From Methanobacteriota archaeon (GTDB taxonomy: Archaea > Thermoplasmatota > Poseidoniia > Poseidoniales > Poseidoniaceae): 64,000 nucleotides of DNA. A program made the translations under genes and the position numbers. Every line of letters begins with the position of its first letter. Positions within the stretch are counted from its first letter, which is position 1. The stretch spans positions 29,877 to 93,876 of the forward strand of contig PBTA01000030.1 of assembly GCA_002726395.1 (NCBI GenBank), given 5' to 3'. The notes under the pieces were generated by a model. The model was not told the DNA's origin. It did not search any database and was given only the letters and a program-made list of their open reading frames with translations. Below, piece after piece: positions 62,124-64,000 of the stretch.

Positions 62124-63362
62124 ATGTCTGAAAAAATAATAGAACAATACGGCAGAGTAACGATTTATACTGAACCAAACCACCCTTCACCAATCTATCA
62201 TGTTGATGGCTCGATTGATCCAAACCCATACGGAGATTTAGCAGTTTTACTAGAAGATGACAATTTGGAAGAGGTAATGTATAATGGTGGCACACAATGT
62301 GTCAAAATTGCCCATAGAGAGCACGGTATGTGTAGAACTAATGTTTGGATAGACGATGACAGTGGAATTCAGATAGCTAAAAACATCGCATCTTTTACCA
62401 ATGTCCCATTAGGAGACGGACCGGGATTAGTGCCAATATTTGATGGACGTTTACCAGACGGATCAAGAGTAAACGGTACTATTCCGCCAATATCACCAGA
62501 CGGGCCGACGTTGACAATTAGAAAGTTTAGAGAAGATCCTCTTACAATGCTAGACCTAGTTAAATTTGGTACAGTAAACTCACGGCTTGCCGCAATGATG
62601 TGGGTCTGGATTGAAGGCCTTGATAGTCGGCCAGCCAATTTTGTAATCGCTGGAGGTACCGGTTCTGGTAAAACTACGACCCTAAATTGCTTAGGTATGT
62701 ATATACCATGGGATAGAAGGTTGCTGACTGTCGAAGACACAGCTGAATTACAAGTTTACCATGACCACTGGTTACGTATGGAAACCAGGAGGGAAAGACC
62801 AGACGGGACTCCTGAAGTGGACATGAATGACTGTCTAAAATCAAGTCTCAGAATGAGGCCAGACAGAATAATTGTGGGAGAGGTAAGAGGGCCAGAAGCT
62901 GCAACTCTACTTACTGCTATGAATACCGGTCACGATGGTTCCTTTGGTTCTCTGCACGCTAATACAGCCCAAGAAACAGTAACTAGAATGATTAATCCTC
63001 CAATGTTGGTTCCGCCAATTATGCTAACGGGATTAGACTTAATCATTATCCAAGCCAGACTTCATGTCAATGGGAAGACTGCAAGGAAAATAACTGAAGT
63101 AGCAGAAATTGCTGGAATGGAAGGAACTAAACCAAGGCTGAACATTATTTGGAAATACAATCCAGCGAATGATCGAATTGAGGAAACAGGAATACCATCT
63201 AAGATGCGAGAAACGATTTGTCAAGCAGCAGGAGTTACGCCAGACGTGTTTGAGAAGCATGTATCTCAAAGGCAACAGATTCTAGAGGATTTGATAAATA
63301 GAGATATTAGAGATATTCAAACAGTAACTCAAGTTATACAAAACTTCTACGCAACTAGGTAA
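62124..63362 (+). CDS. FlaI/VirB11/CpaF-family type II/IV secretion ATPase
   Basis: RLPDGSRVNGTIPPISPDGPTLTIRKF, Walker A VIAGGTGSGKTTTLN, Asp box TVEDTAEL, Walker B and His box LRMRPDRIIVGEVRGPEA...NTGHDGSFGSLHAN. 412 aa. Confidence 0.8.
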   Translation: MSEKIIEQYGRVTIYTEPNHPSPIYHVDGSIDPNPYGDLAVLLEDDNLEEVMYNGGTQCVKIAHREHGMCRTNVWIDDDSGIQIAKNIASFTNVPLGDGPGLVPIFDGRLPDGSRVNGTIPPISPDGPTLTIRKFREDPLTMLDLVKFGTVNSRLAAMMWVWIEGLDSRPANFVIAGGTGSGKTTTLNCLGMYIPWDRRLLTVEDTAELQVYHDHWLRMETRRERPDGTPEVDMNDCLKSSLRMRPDRIIVGEVRGPEAATLLTAMNTGHDGSFGSLHANTAQETVTRMINPPMLVPPIMLTGLDLIIIQARLHVNGKTARKITEVAEIAGMEGTKPRLNIIWKYNPANDRIEETGIPSKMRETICQAAGVTPDVFEKHVSQRQQILEDLINRDIRDIQTVTQVIQNFYATR

Positions 63363-63364
63363 TC

Positions 63365-64000
63365 TTAACCTCTTAGCCGTGCTAATACGTCATCTATGTG
63401 GTCAATCTTTTCTTTGGCAGATTTAACCCTCTCACCTGCATTGGTTAAGTCGCTATCACCTGATATAATCTCTTCAAGTTTACTCTCTGATTTTGGCTTG
63501 AAGTCTTGGGCTAGGGCTTTTAGTTGAACTATTATTGAATCGACTTCACTTTCAGAAACAATTACTCCTGGAGCAATTCTTGGAATCTCACTTGGAGATA
63601 TGAAACCTAACTCAGCGCCTATTATTCCAGAACAAGCCAAAACTTTAGGTCTTAAATCTGGAGTGTTCACATCGTAACCTCTAGATTCAAGGAATCTAAT
63701 GATCAGTGATTGTTGAGAATCATTAAACTCTCCTTCCGAGGTTTCCATCACAGTTTCAACAAGTTGTTCAAATCCAACTATATTTTTCTCCAATCTTTCA
63801 ATAGTTCTTCTTTCTTCTGAGCTGATATGGATTGAACCGTGGTGTAAAATCTTGAGGACACGATTTCTTCTGGCAATATTAGGGTCTTGTAAACCTTCTA
63901 CCTCCGAAAGATCCACATGCAGGTCAAATAGTGCATGTAGCCTACCAGAAATACTTGGAATCCTTAAGTCAAGGTCCATCGACTTTGCAATTTCCTCGAA
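63365..64000 (-). CDS. Hypothetical protein. The reading frame stays open to the window edge (…FEEIAKS before the listed Met at 63979), so it may be 5'-truncated.
   Basis: The minus-strand frame has no stop between 63979 and 64000. No motif recognised. Confidence 0.3.
   Translation of the reverse strand, partial: FEEIAKSMDLDLRIPSISGRLHALFDLHVDLSEVEGLQDPNIARRNRVLKILHHGSIHISSEERRTIERLEKNIVGFEQLVETVMETSEGEFNDSQQSLIIRFLESRGYDVNTPDLRPKVLACSGIIGAELGFISPSEIPRIAPGVIVSESEVDSIIVQLKALAQDFKPKSESKLEEIISGDSDLTNAGERVKSAKEKIDHIDDVLARLRG

Overview
This 64 kb window reads as a contiguous archaeal chromosomal segment with no obvious mobile DNA. Gene content suggests a euryarchaeon, plausibly a marine Group II/Poseidoniales-like lineage; that is inference from gene content and composition and was not searched. 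I can support about 52 protein-coding genes at roughly 90% coding density, with a GC content of about 40% by eye and many acidic proteins. No rRNA, tRNA, CRISPR array, IS element or integrase was seen.

The archaeal information-processing genes are:
- smc-scpA-scpB.
- The S6e-aIF2gamma-PIN operon, followed by orc1/cdc6, dph2 and an archaeal hpt.
- hel308.
- An RPA pair.
- tldD-pmbA.
- Bacterial-type gyrB-gyrA.

The recognisable metabolic genes are class I HMG-CoA reductase, ketopantoate reductase, a NadB-like flavoprotein, an acyl-CoA dehydrogenase, type I AroD and an HMGL-like synthase.

The accessory content is a set of secreted or membrane-bound peptidases: M28, an M61-like enzyme with a PDZ domain, and a 1403-aa MA-clan zincin with multiple PKD-like domains.

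The loci most worth a second look are:
1. A FlaI-like secretion ATPase with a two-gene split FlaJ/TadBC-like platform and no pilin or FlaFGH, sitting directly 3' of and co-oriented with the RPA genes.
2. A three-gene operon led by an archaeal-type ATPase whose Walker-A lysine is replaced by arginine and which carries a C-terminal wHTH, followed by a beta-propeller protein and a 99-aa protein, next to a repeat-rich AT-rich intergenic region.
3. A thymidylate-kinase-like protein with an aberrant P-loop and a roughly 250-aa unknown C-terminal domain, co-operonic with a membrane protein.
4. A PIMT-like methyltransferase with a degenerate SAM motif, in an operon with HEAT-repeat and HTH_10 regulator genes.
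5. A bacterial-type (class II) CCA/poly(A) nucleotidyltransferase.
6. A two-EF-hand acidic protein.
7. A GcvH-like protein whose lipoyl-lysine is displaced.

All functional calls are from motif and architecture recognition by eye. No database search was run.
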